IMG/VR virus record: IMGVR_UViG_3300032266_000202 | Location: 1 to 40,156 of that record | Origin: a virus | Taxonomy: Duplodnaviria > Caudoviricetes | DNA length: 40,156 nucleotides | Reading direction: 5' to 3' (one strand) | Part shown: one piece after another, positions 19,451 to 27,808 of the stretch | Layout: every line of letters starts with the position of its first letter | How positions within the stretch are numbered: position 1 is the first letter of the stretch | Position numbers and translations under genes: made by a program | The notes under the pieces: model-generated | Databases searched by the model: none | The model's input: the letters and a program-made list of their open reading frames with translations, nothing else | Told to the model about the DNA's origin: nothing

Positions 19451-19639
19451 TTACTTTGTACCGCGTGTACCTGATGGTTGCTTTGAGAACATTGTGATTG
19501 TTGCGCCAGGCTTTGATGCCTTTGGTACGCCACCTGTTCGTGGTGCTTGTACATTTACCTTACCTGCGGAACCCTGATTAGCAGGCTTCTTAGCCTTACC
19601 AGGTTGGTTCTTTGGCTTCATTGGATTTCCAAATGCCAT
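19451..19639 (-). CDS. Small basic protein
   Basis: 62 aa, strong AAGGAGGG RBS directly after the portal stop. Confidence 0.75.
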   Translation of the reverse strand: MAFGNPMKPKNQPGKAKKPANQGSAGKVNVQAPRTGGVPKASKPGATITMFSKQPSGTRGTK

Positions 19640-19658
19640 GTTGGTTTACCCTCCTTCC

Positions 19659-21473
19659 CTAGATAGGTAGTCGTCTAGCGACTGATGATTGTAGAGACGG
19701 CTCACCTCTTGAGTTAAGTGATGCGAGCAAAGATTGAACATCTGGGCGACCGCCTGGTGCTATTTGCCCTGGGGCTACACCCTGCATGCGACCTGTTTCT
19801 GACAAGCCCATAGGTAAACTTCCCGCGCCACCTGGAGCAGCCTCACCTGGCATGCCTGGAGGACTTACTGTCGCAGGGGCATTTGGTCCAGGGGCGGGAA
19901 CTTCGGGGGTAAACGCCTTCTGAATTGCTGCCTCTATTGCAGTTCCCTTTTGGCGTTCACTAATTACCATAGAAAGTTTGCGTAAGATGTCGGATGGGTC
20001 CTGTCCTTGGCTAGCAAGGGCTGGAATTGCTTGTGCGTATGAGGCAATAGCCTGTTTCATAGCATCACGGAGTTCTTCTGTCTCAACCTTTTGTTCTTCT
20101 TGAGTTGCATTGAAGGAAAAAGGCATCTGTCGCCGTAGGAAGTCACGAGAAATTAACTTATCACCGCGTGCTTGTAGTCCAAACACGAGTGCACGGTTAG
20201 GGTCCAGTCCAGCCATGAGTCCGTATTGAACATCTACGGTGTAGTCGCCATCAATATCACGACTTGGCTTGTATTTAAGGTCATACGGGGTACCGTTGTA
20301 GATACCTTTGAGTTCTTTCTCCTGTGAACCAAAGATTTTTTCATCAACTTTGAGTGCAAGAGCAAGTAATTCTGTAAATCCACGGGCAAACATGGAGTGT
20401 GCGGTCTTAATCTGGGTATCAAATCCACCCATAAGAGCCTTAACACCCTGTCCTGTGACGATAGATGCATCCGAATTACCAGTACGAACCTCTGGAAAAC
20501 GACTTCCTAAACGGAGTTCGCTTTCAAGAATTTGTGACTGTGCGAACACATTAGCAGGTAGGTCAAGCGGTACTCTACGAATCTTGTCAGGGGCAGAGGA
20601 ACGCATAATAGCATCTGGTCCAAAGGCTAACTCATTACTATCCTGAGGCACTGCAATCGGTGCCTGAACGGATTTTGTCGCAGCCTCAAGTGCAAGAAGC
20701 GCATAGCGTGCCTTTGCTACTTGGATTGCTAGAACATCATCAAACTGACCGCGAGACTGGTCATCAAGTGATGGTCGCTGGACAACACGAATCATTACTT
20801 CGCCTATTAAATTTTGAGCACGCTCAAGAACAAGGTTGCTTCTATTAGGCATAAAGAGGATGTCTTGGTCTTTGTCGTGGAAACGAACAATCTCAGACAT
20901 GGATGAAGCAGTATTCTTATCGTAAATGAGGTGAGCAATCTCAGGGTAGCGAGCCATCAATTCTTCTGTTGGCTTAAGCATACGCTGGAAAAACATTGTT
21001 ACACGACCATATCGGTCAATAACTGGATAAGAACCAATAGAATCTAGGAACTTAATACGAGGCATCTTCTCATCAGAATCAACTTCAACTTGTGCTGGAA
21101 CAAATCCATAGGTTACATAGCGGTCTGCTGCGGTAAACATCTGTGACTGTAGGTCGGAGAAGTTAACAATTCCGTTAACAATGTCTCCACGCTTGTCAGC
21201 CTTCTTGCGAGCAACATCTGACACCATTGATGTAGATGTGCAAGAGAAAGATGGCAGAGGTGCAATAACTTCTGCTAGGTCACGGGCAGCAATATCCACC
21301 ATATTTGCCACGATAGGGTTCTCAAAAGGACCATCGGGGAAAAGGTCTGGGTAGACATCGCGCATCTTTCCTTGGCGAACCTGTAATACCTGACCCATGC
21401 GTTGGTCGCGGTCGTCAAACATTTTGCGATAACGGTCGTAGGTATTCTTAACTTCATCTATGGAAAGCGGCAT
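19659..21473 (-). CDS. Portal protein
   Basis: About 604 aa, directly after the terminase; GGAGGTG RBS before MPLS; Pro/Gly-rich tail. Confidence 0.85.
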   Translation of the reverse strand: MPLSIDEVKNTYDRYRKMFDDRDQRMGQVLQVRQGKMRDVYPDLFPDGPFENPIVANMVDIAARDLAEVIAPLPSFSCTSTSMVSDVARKKADKRGDIVNGIVNFSDLQSQMFTAADRYVTYGFVPAQVEVDSDEKMPRIKFLDSIGSYPVIDRYGRVTMFFQRMLKPTEELMARYPEIAHLIYDKNTASSMSEIVRFHDKDQDILFMPNRSNLVLERAQNLIGEVMIRVVQRPSLDDQSRGQFDDVLAIQVAKARYALLALEAATKSVQAPIAVPQDSNELAFGPDAIMRSSAPDKIRRVPLDLPANVFAQSQILESELRLGSRFPEVRTGNSDASIVTGQGVKALMGGFDTQIKTAHSMFARGFTELLALALKVDEKIFGSQEKELKGIYNGTPYDLKYKPSRDIDGDYTVDVQYGLMAGLDPNRALVFGLQARGDKLISRDFLRRQMPFSFNATQEEQKVETEELRDAMKQAIASYAQAIPALASQGQDPSDILRKLSMVISERQKGTAIEAAIQKAFTPEVPAPGPNAPATVSPPGMPGEAAPGGAGSLPMGLSETGRMQGVAPGQIAPGGRPDVQSLLASLNSRGEPSLQSSVARRLPI

Positions 21474-21487
21474 ATCCACCTCCGTTC

Positions 21488-23350
21488 TTAGTTGTATGAA
21501 TAGTCGGACAAGTTAACAGTTACCTGTCGTGACTTATCGTACCTAGTATGGAACATGCTCTGTTGTGCATGAGTTCGTGCAAAATAGTTTGCGTTAGCAA
21601 TTCTGTCTCTGGCTGCAAGTTCTGCAAACCAAAAAGCCATAACGCAGTCTGTCTTTTGGCTTCGTGGTGCATCTGGGTACCAAGTAACCAGTTGCTCAAT
21701 AAGAGCCTTCAATCCTTCTGACATGTGAGTGGATGGGAATTCAATCAAGTTAGAGCCATCCTCATAACCATGGAACAATGTAGTAAGAGATGCCACACCG
21801 AAGTCGGTATCCCATTTATTGTTTCCAGTATGGTGTTCTTTGAGTGTGGCACCCCTTGCTGATAGGTATTCCCGTACCTCACGGTCCTGGGTAAGCATCG
21901 CCTGAAATGCATTTTTTTCTACGCGCCACTCAGAAATCGTATACTTGTCTGTCCAACTCTTAATCAGTTCTCTAATTGCATCTGGCTTCATGCCAGCAAC
22001 ATTGGATACATCAAGCAAATATCTTTTTTGATTAGCAATATCAATACCCAAACAAACGGCAGAGGTATAACCTGCCATGGCTGGGTCAAGTCCTGCTACA
22101 ACAATCAAACCATCCATACCATCATGGCGGTTACCAGCCTTGCCCTTGGGTATAACTCCGATATTGCGGGCACCATTGATAACGCCTTTGACAGCATCTC
22201 CTGGGAAGGCAGCATCTTCATGCACTTGTTGCTGTTGGTAAACCATTGCCCAAAGATTAGGAGACATACGGCTTCTCTTTTTATTGAGGGCGTGTCCATC
22301 CCATTTGGTATAGAGTCCATCCGCATCTGGAATACCCTTACCTGAAACTGGAGGCATATTGGTTTTAGCCCAAAGGGTTGACCAGTCAGCAGGGTCGTCT
22401 TTAAATTCTAAAACAGCGGGTTGGGCAAAGTAAGTCCATGGTGAAGTCTCATCTGGGTAGCGCATAGGGTCGCGCAATTCAGAGTACAAGTCTTTAGGGC
22501 GTAGACGGGTTCCAACCACAAGAAGTTTTCCGCCATCGTAGTCAATACGAGACATAACTTCTGATTGAATCCAATCAATCTGCTTTTCATACTCATGGGC
22601 GTTGGTATGGTCAACACAGTCATCCATGATGATAAGGTCAGCACGGGCACCGTAGATATGTCCACGAATACCAATGGCTTGCACCGTTGGGTCCTTCTCA
22701 CCAGAGTTACGAGCCTCTGACGATAGGTAAATTAAGTCCTGCTTCCATGAATCAGAATTCTTTTCAAATCCGCCTGGAGGTCCAAAGGCGAGGTGTAAAT
22801 CCTGATAACGAGGATGGGTGAGTCTGTTCTTAATGGAGAGCAGGAACTTTTGCGCCATAGCCTGTGTCTTGGACACAATCAGGATTCTGATGTTAGGGTT
22901 TTGGCAAATCTGGTACACGGCATAGTTGACTGTGATAGTCGTTGACTTGGCGTGTTCTGGTGGCGTATTGACAATCAGTAAGTCAGGGTCACCAGGTTCA
23001 TAGATAATGCTAGGGTGTATCTCGGAGGGGGGTGTACCCTCCAGCAAATCAATCCAGTGCTTTTGATGTGGAAAAACATCCACACCTAAATACTTGTGGG
23101 AAAACTCTGGGAACGGAGGCAGAGGTATTGTACCTGTCTGTAGTTCACCTCTTGAGGTCATAGACCGAACTTTGTCTATTTGGGTGGCAAAGTCAGGGTC
23201 TGTCTTACGGTAGTATTCGTAACTCTTGACCGACCGACCAACTGAGTCCATAGCCTTCTGGACTGACATGCCTTCCATTAAAAATTCTATAATCTGCTTT
23301 TTGATGGCATCCGACTTATGGGATGCAGCAGTAGTTCTTTTTCTTTCCAT
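21488..23350 (-). CDS. terL: Terminase large subunit with an N-terminal HTH-like extension
   Basis: Walker A PPEHAKST, Walker B IIMDD, coupling motif VGTR, nuclease GLDPA and C-terminal DCVMA. Confidence 0.92.
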   Translation of the reverse strand: MERKRTTAASHKSDAIKKQIIEFLMEGMSVQKAMDSVGRSVKSYEYYRKTDPDFATQIDKVRSMTSRGELQTGTIPLPPFPEFSHKYLGVDVFPHQKHWIDLLEGTPPSEIHPSIIYEPGDPDLLIVNTPPEHAKSTTITVNYAVYQICQNPNIRILIVSKTQAMAQKFLLSIKNRLTHPRYQDLHLAFGPPGGFEKNSDSWKQDLIYLSSEARNSGEKDPTVQAIGIRGHIYGARADLIIMDDCVDHTNAHEYEKQIDWIQSEVMSRIDYDGGKLLVVGTRLRPKDLYSELRDPMRYPDETSPWTYFAQPAVLEFKDDPADWSTLWAKTNMPPVSGKGIPDADGLYTKWDGHALNKKRSRMSPNLWAMVYQQQQVHEDAAFPGDAVKGVINGARNIGVIPKGKAGNRHDGMDGLIVVAGLDPAMAGYTSAVCLGIDIANQKRYLLDVSNVAGMKPDAIRELIKSWTDKYTISEWRVEKNAFQAMLTQDREVREYLSARGATLKEHHTGNNKWDTDFGVASLTTLFHGYEDGSNLIEFPSTHMSEGLKALIEQLVTWYPDAPRSQKTDCVMAFWFAELAARDRIANANYFARTHAQQSMFHTRYDKSRQVTVNLSDYSYN

Positions 23351-23509
23351 AGGCGTAGTAAGCAGCGCGACAAAATATAGAGCGCTGCAGTATCCTTTCT
23401 AACCGAAGCCGTAGCCCCAAGGCGAAGGCGAAGGTTAGGGCATACTATAGGGGGCAACCTAGACGGTTGCCTTAGCACTAGCGGAGGGGCGAATATAGCG
23501 TTGCCCCTC

Positions 23510-23550
23510 ACTATACTATTAGGTGTCCAGAAGGACACTATTGGACATCT
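23510..23550 (-). promoter_or_regulatory. Candidate late promoter/operator
   Basis: TATAGT (-10-like) at 23515-23510 preceded by three GGACA/TGTCC half-sites; hairpin-rich leader follows. Confidence 0.45.
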
Positions 23551-23888
23551 TTTTTGAATATATTTTTTGTTACTTATGCCACTGTCTATAAGTGCTGCTC
23601 AGCACCCACTTCCCCAGGATTATCAAACTTATACGGGTAGAGACACATATACACATACACACGCATATTTAAAACCCTGGGGTCGCTGACCCCTGCAAAG
23701 TCTCATCAAGATGCACACTCTCGGCTTGCTCGGCTTGCTTGTGTCTTAAGAACTAGGCAAGGAGAGGGCTAGACCTTGCAAGGGCGACAACTCTCACCCC
23801 TCCTCCTTGCATCGCGGGGGGCGCATCGCATCGCTTGCCTTGCTTGCTTGCGTGTCTCACATATTGAGACAAGCGCACACATGCGGGA

Positions 23889-23904
23889 TGTGATGCAACT
23901 CACA
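23889..23904. promoter_or_regulatory. CRP/GlxR-type box 1
   Basis: TGTGA-TGCAAC-TCACA upstream of TTGACA at 23935-23940. Confidence 0.75.
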
Positions 23905-24009
23905 AAAATAATTTTCAAATGTCCAATTTGTCCGTTGACAGCGCTTGGCGTGAGGTTGTAGAAATCTCCTAGTGAGTCCGACCGTGACTTACGACAGGAG
24001 AAAGACATC

Positions 24010-24648
24010 ATGACAACAGCAACAGCAACCAAGACAGGCAAGGCAAGCAAGGCGGAGGCACTCTCAACCTTGACCCGTGCACTAGAACAAGCGCACGAAA
24101 TCATCAAGGCAGAAACAGGCGCACCCCGTGCGACTCTCCTAGTCACCCGCGATTTGAAAGGTCGCCGAGGACATTTCACCCCTTACACCCCTTGGCGCAC
24201 CGAGGATGAGGTTTTCAACGAGATTGCTTTCAATCTTGAGACTTTCACAAGCGCCGAGGATTTATTCTCAACCTTGTTGCACGAGGTCGCTCACTCTCTC
24301 AATCATAAAAACGGGATTGAAGATTGCTCATCCAACCAATATCACAACGCCAAATTTAAGACACAAGCCGAGGCGTTAGGTCTTAAGACCGAGAAAACCA
24401 AGAAAGGTTACTCATCCACAAGCCTCACCGATTTTGGCGCTAAGCGATGGGCTAAGGCGCTCAAAATTGTTGCAACCGCCTATGACCTCACAGCCCTTGG
24501 CGGAGAATCTGCCAAGCCTAAGGGTCGCAATACCAACCTCATTAAAGCCGAGTGCACCGATTGCGGAAATGTAATCCGCCTAAGTCGCTCAGTGATTGAG
24601 AGCGGTGTGATGTGCATGCCATGTGAGACACAATTCACCGAGGCTTAA
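24010..24648 (+). CDS. SprT-like zinc metallopeptidase with a C-terminal zinc ribbon
   Basis: LLHEVAH...YHNAKFK zincin motif; CxxC...CxxC; GACAGGAGA RBS. Confidence 0.8.
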   Translation: MTTATATKTGKASKAEALSTLTRALEQAHEIIKAETGAPRATLLVTRDLKGRRGHFTPYTPWRTEDEVFNEIAFNLETFTSAEDLFSTLLHEVAHSLNHKNGIEDCSSNQYHNAKFKTQAEALGLKTEKTKKGYSSTSLTDFGAKRWAKALKIVATAYDLTALGGESAKPKGRNTNLIKAECTDCGNVIRLSRSVIESGVMCMPCETQFTEA

Positions 24649-24657
24649 GACACAAAA

Positions 24658-24702
24658 GCCCCCGCCCGATAAGTCGGCACAGGTTCACGACCTACGGGGG
24701 CA
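24658..24702 (+). other. tRNA-like mini-element (7-bp closing stem, small hairpin, T-loop-like hairpin)
   Basis: GCCCCCG/CGGGGGC enclosing CCGA-TAAG-TCGG and AGG-TTCACGA-CCT. Confidence 0.5.
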
Positions 24703-24705
24703 CGA

Positions 24706-24721
24706 TGTGACCAACATCACA
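24706..24721. promoter_or_regulatory. CRP/GlxR-type box 2
   Basis: TGTGA-CCAACA-TCACA, 10 bp upstream of TTGACA (24732-24737). Confidence 0.75.
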
Positions 24722-24823
24722 TGGGAAATGATTGACAGGCTCAATCCCCGCATGAGATGGTTACACCAAGCAAGACCACAAGGGGAATCGTTCTCCTTGT
24801 GTATTAAGACAGGAGATAAAAAG

Positions 24824-24955
24824 ATGACATGTAAGACAGAAAACTGCAACAGCACAGAGTTAGTGTATAGCGGAGTGGATGCGTTCCTCCTTGGAGTACC
24901 TACCGAAACCTATTGCTACGACTGCGCGAATCGTATCGCCAAGATTGGGGCTTAA
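24824..24955 (+). CDS. 43-aa Cys-rich (zinc-binding) peptide MTCKTENC...YCYDCANR
   Basis: AGACAGGAGA RBS; the true start lies inside the track ORF 24623-24955. Confidence 0.7.
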   Translation: MTCKTENCNSTELVYSGVDAFLLGVPTETYCYDCANRIAKIGA

Positions 24956-24958
24956 GAC

Positions 24959-25240
24959 ATGACAACACCAGCACAAGACCAATTCGTGGAGGACTACCTC
25001 CTCGTAGTTGATAACGAACGCAAGGCATACGATGAAGCGATGGAGATTGCCTCAAGTGGCGACATGGTTCAGGTATCAGAAATAATGCGCGACAAATGGG
25101 AGACATACATCTCAGAGGTTGCAGAACGCGAACGCAAGGCAGGGCACGAGGTCGGGGCGCTCCTAATCTCTCAACTGCTCCTTAACTGGGGGTCGGATAC
25201 CTTTGACCGAATCGCCCGCCACTTTATAGATAAAGACTAA
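24959..25240 (+). CDS. Acidic hypothetical early protein
   Basis: 93 aa in operon context. Confidence 0.75.
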   Translation: MTTPAQDQFVEDYLLVVDNERKAYDEAMEIASSGDMVQVSEIMRDKWETYISEVAERERKAGHEVGALLISQLLLNWGSDTFDRIARHFIDKD

Positions 25241-25268
25241 TCGGACTTAAGACAGAGGAGGTGACAGC

Positions 25269-25406
25269 ATGAAGATTAACTTTAACCTTTACGGGTCTAG
25301 TGGATACATCTCTAACAACACACTAGACGAGATTGAATTTGAAAGATTCCGCACCATCGCGGAGAGTTTCAAACAGGTGATTAAGATTGAGAAAGTTGAG
25401 TCTTAA
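25269..25406 (+). CDS. 45-aa hypothetical early peptide (MKINFNLYGSSG...)
   Basis: GAGGAGGT RBS; flanked on both sides by TTAAGAC. Confidence 0.7.
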   Translation: MKINFNLYGSSGYISNNTLDEIEFERFRTIAESFKQVIKIEKVES

Positions 25407-25420
25407 GACAGAAATAAAAA

Positions 25421-25436
25421 TGTGACTAACATCACA
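25421..25436. promoter_or_regulatory. CRP/GlxR-type box 3
   Basis: TGTGA-CTAACA-TCACA, 11 bp upstream of TTGACG (25448-25453). Confidence 0.75.
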
Positions 25437-25523
25437 GCCCTAAATGCTTGACGAGCACGAGGTGAGCGAGGCACCATTAGGGCACAGATAGCGACCGCTA
25501 TCTACTAAGAACAGGAGAAGCAA

Positions 25524-26087
25524 GTGAAAAGAGCAGAACTAATAATCGGTAAGGCGTACTTCCTTGCCAAGAACAACGACTGGAACGATGGTTACAACAA
25601 CGGCTACCGCCCAGACAATTATGTAAACTTAACCCGCGTGGCAAGGGAATACACGCGCCACAAGGTAATCATTATAGAGACACAACTTAAGACAGAATAC
25701 GACCGCAAGTATCACACCCGCGATGTATTGGTTCGCAGAAACAACGGCGATGAGCAATGGGTTAGCCTTTCACATATTCGTGGCGAGTTCGTTTCATGTA
25801 TTAAGACAATATACAAGGTCAAAGGTTGGATAGATACCCGCGACCAAAAACATCAGGCACACCTCCGCCGTAAGGTGGTACGCGAGCAGTATCAGCCAGC
25901 CGTTAAGGAACTCAACAGCCTCATCGCCCAACTCACAGGGCAAGAGCGATTCAATTCCTACATTGACGACTTCGGATACCGCGAGACATACAAGAACTGG
26001 AAACTGGAGACAGTCCTCGCCGTGGTCAATGCAATCAAGGCAGGCATGGAGTCAGGTATTAAGACAGAACTAAAGTCGGTGGCATAA
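25524..26087 (+). CDS. Hypothetical early protein
   Basis: 187 aa, GTG start with ACAGGAGA RBS. Confidence 0.75.
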   Translation: MKRAELIIGKAYFLAKNNDWNDGYNNGYRPDNYVNLTRVAREYTRHKVIIIETQLKTEYDRKYHTRDVLVRRNNGDEQWVSLSHIRGEFVSCIKTIYKVKGWIDTRDQKHQAHLRRKVVREQYQPAVKELNSLIAQLTGQERFNSYIDDFGYRETYKNWKLETVLAVVNAIKAGMESGIKTELKSVA

Positions 26088-26236
26088 TGACTAAGCCACT
26101 CATCTGCCACGCCTCAAATTGTGGGGCACAGACAGACGACACATGGTACTACTGCGAGGTACATCAAGGCACACTCTGCGGTGACTGCCTTATCCCTCTT
26201 GACCAATGCTCACATGCGAAGGAGTACAAGCGATGA
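26087..26236 (+). CDS. 49-aa Cys/His-rich peptide (MTKPLICHASNC...LCGDCL...CSH)
   Basis: Translated by hand; TAATG and ATGA coupling. Confidence 0.7.
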   Translation: MTKPLICHASNCGAQTDDTWYYCEVHQGTLCGDCLIPLDQCSHAKEYKR

Positions 26237-26394
26237 GACTTAACAAGCGAGGCAAGCGAGTGCGTTCTGTCTTAATACTTATCGCCCTTACATTAGCAAT
26301 TCAGTTCTACACCACACACCACCGCGTGTATGGCAAATGCCATCAGGCAAGCGAAGGTTGGACATGCACATTACTACGATGGGAGCACAACTAA
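26233..26394 (+). CDS. Small membrane protein (MRLNKRGKRVR...)
   Basis: AAGGAG RBS; basic N-terminus and one hydrophobic segment. Confidence 0.7.
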   Translation: MRLNKRGKRVRSVLILIALTLAIQFYTTHHRVYGKCHQASEGWTCTLLRWEHN

Positions 26395-26762
26395 TGAGCA
26401 ACACAACAGGACATGTAGATGTCAACGGACAAGGCACCATCGTTATACCCGTGGAGTTAGACCGCAAGGAACTATGGTCAGCAGTAATGGGGTCAGCGTG
26501 GGAATCTTTCGGTGACCACTGGCAGGAGTACGAGTACATCAGCGGTGATTGGGATGACCCAACCAGCAAGGTGCGCCTTGTATGTCACAACGATAAGTAC
26601 GAAAATGTTGAGAAGATAATCACCATTGACGACATCGCACTAGCACTACCTATTGCAAACAAGAAAGTTTATATGGACTTGTTTGACTTTGATAACTACG
26701 ATGCAATCTGCGGTGATGCTGTATTACAGGTGGCTGTAATCGGCGATGTGATATTCGGTTAG
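26394..26762 (+). CDS. Acidic hypothetical early protein (start MSNTTG)
   Basis: GGGAG RBS and TAATG coupling; ends D.ICGDAVLQVAVIGDVIFG. Confidence 0.75.
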   Translation: MSNTTGHVDVNGQGTIVIPVELDRKELWSAVMGSAWESFGDHWQEYEYISGDWDDPTSKVRLVCHNDKYENVEKIITIDDIALALPIANKKVYMDLFDFDNYDAICGDAVLQVAVIGDVIFG

Positions 26763-26772
26763 GACTTAAGAC

Positions 26773-26919
26773 ATGAACTCACTAGAGATGAAAGCCACAC
26801 GCACCCTTGCTAAGCGAGCAAGAGAGCAACGAAACGCCAGCACAAATGATAAAGATTTTGATTACTGGCATGCAATAATGGAACAGTACGAAAACAAACT
26901 ACAGACAGGAGATAAGTAA
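26773..26919 (+). CDS. 48-aa hypothetical peptide (MNSLEMKATRTL...)
   Basis: Translated by hand; AGGA RBS followed by TTAAGAC-ATG. Confidence 0.65.
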   Translation: MNSLEMKATRTLAKRAREQRNASTNDKDFDYWHAIMEQYENKLQTGDK

Positions 26920-26920
26920 C

Positions 26921-27202
26921 ATGGCAATACATGAAGTAGAACTAAAAGGAATAGAAGTCGGAGCATTACTTAAGACACAAACTGCATACGACAAGGACAT
27001 GAACCTTACCTATGATGGCAAAGAGATACGAGTTATCCTACATTGGGATGACCACGATGGCTTTGAGATTCAATGGCTTGACCTTGAGGGCAGGTGGATT
27101 GAGGCACCACATTGGGCAGATAGGATTGACGAAGAAGGAACCATGAGTGTGGGATATTTCCTTGATTCATTGGAGGCACACACCAAGAAGGAGATGCCAT
27201 GA
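26921..27202 (+). CDS. Acidic hypothetical early protein
   Basis: 93 aa, AGACAGGAGA RBS. Confidence 0.75.
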   Translation: MAIHEVELKGIEVGALLKTQTAYDKDMNLTYDGKEIRVILHWDDHDGFEIQWLDLEGRWIEAPHWADRIDEEGTMSVGYFLDSLEAHTKKEMP

Positions 27203-27375
27203 CTATCCTCATGCAATGCTTAGGTTGTGGCACAGTAGTGACCAACCCCAAGGTAATGAACTACATGTATGAGAAGTGCGATTACTGCACAGATAAGCAG
27301 AAAGAGATGGAAGAAAAAGCAATAGATAGTTTCTTGCATGCCGAAGCCGAGAGAAAGTTGGACAGTAATGCGTAA
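27199..27375 (+). CDS. 58-aa zinc-ribbon peptide (CLGC...CDYC)
   Basis: Translated by hand; AAGGAG RBS and ATGA overlap. Confidence 0.7.
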   Translation: MTILMQCLGCGTVVTNPKVMNYMYEKCDYCTDKQKEMEEKAIDSFLHAEAERKLDSNA

Positions 27376-27808
27376 TGACTTAAGACAGATTCACCCACAT
27401 GCCCGACTGTGGATAGCAACAGCAATTATCTTAGGACTTATCTTATGTCTTAAACCAGCATCACGATTTACTACACCACCCTATGGCAAAGTAATCGCTT
27501 ACTATCAGAACGATTACCAACGCTACGCATTGGACAAACTAATAGAACGCAATCAACTAGAGCAATACCCCTGCCTCTATGAATTGTGGATTAAAGAATC
27601 CAACTGGCGACCTAGTGCACTCAACCGAAATGGTGGAGCAATGGGTATCGCACAACTAAAGCCAAGCACATGGCGCAACATCAAGACCATCCCCACGCAA
27701 GATGGATACAAGCAAGTAGATGCTGGACTCAAGTACATAGATAGACACTATGGCAAGGGTGCAATCTGCAAGGCTTATGCTCACCATCTTGCGATGGGGT
27801 GGTACTAA
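27368..27808 (+). CDS. Membrane-anchored lytic transglycosylase (SLT / Rpf-like)
   Basis: N-terminal hydrophobic segment; CLYELWIKESNW...GAMGIAQL...GLKYIDRHYG...GWY. Confidence 0.85.
   Translation: MRNDLRQIHPHARLWIATAIILGLILCLKPASRFTTPPYGKVIAYYQNDYQRYALDKLIERNQLEQYPCLYELWIKESNWRPSALNRNGGAMGIAQLKPSTWRNIKTIPTQDGYKQVDAGLKYIDRHYGKGAICKAYAHHLAMGWY

Noticed and set aside
23769-24179. ORFs 23769-24179 (-), 23776-23961 (+) and 23287-23538 (-)
   Set aside because: They overlap promoter elements or the SprT gene, lack an RBS and have no recognisable motifs
24658-24705. A true tRNA gene
   Set aside because: Only about 45 nt, without D and anticodon arms; kept as a tRNA-like element
24623-24823. 5' extension of track ORF 24623-24955
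   Set aside because: It spans the tRNA-like element, CRP box and promoter; the RBS supports a start at 24824
24356-27453. TTAAGAC copies as a CRISPR array or integron attC sites
   Set aside because: Only 7-11 bp, irregular spacing, both orientations, many inside ORFs; no cas1/cas2 or integron integrase and no attC-like hairpins
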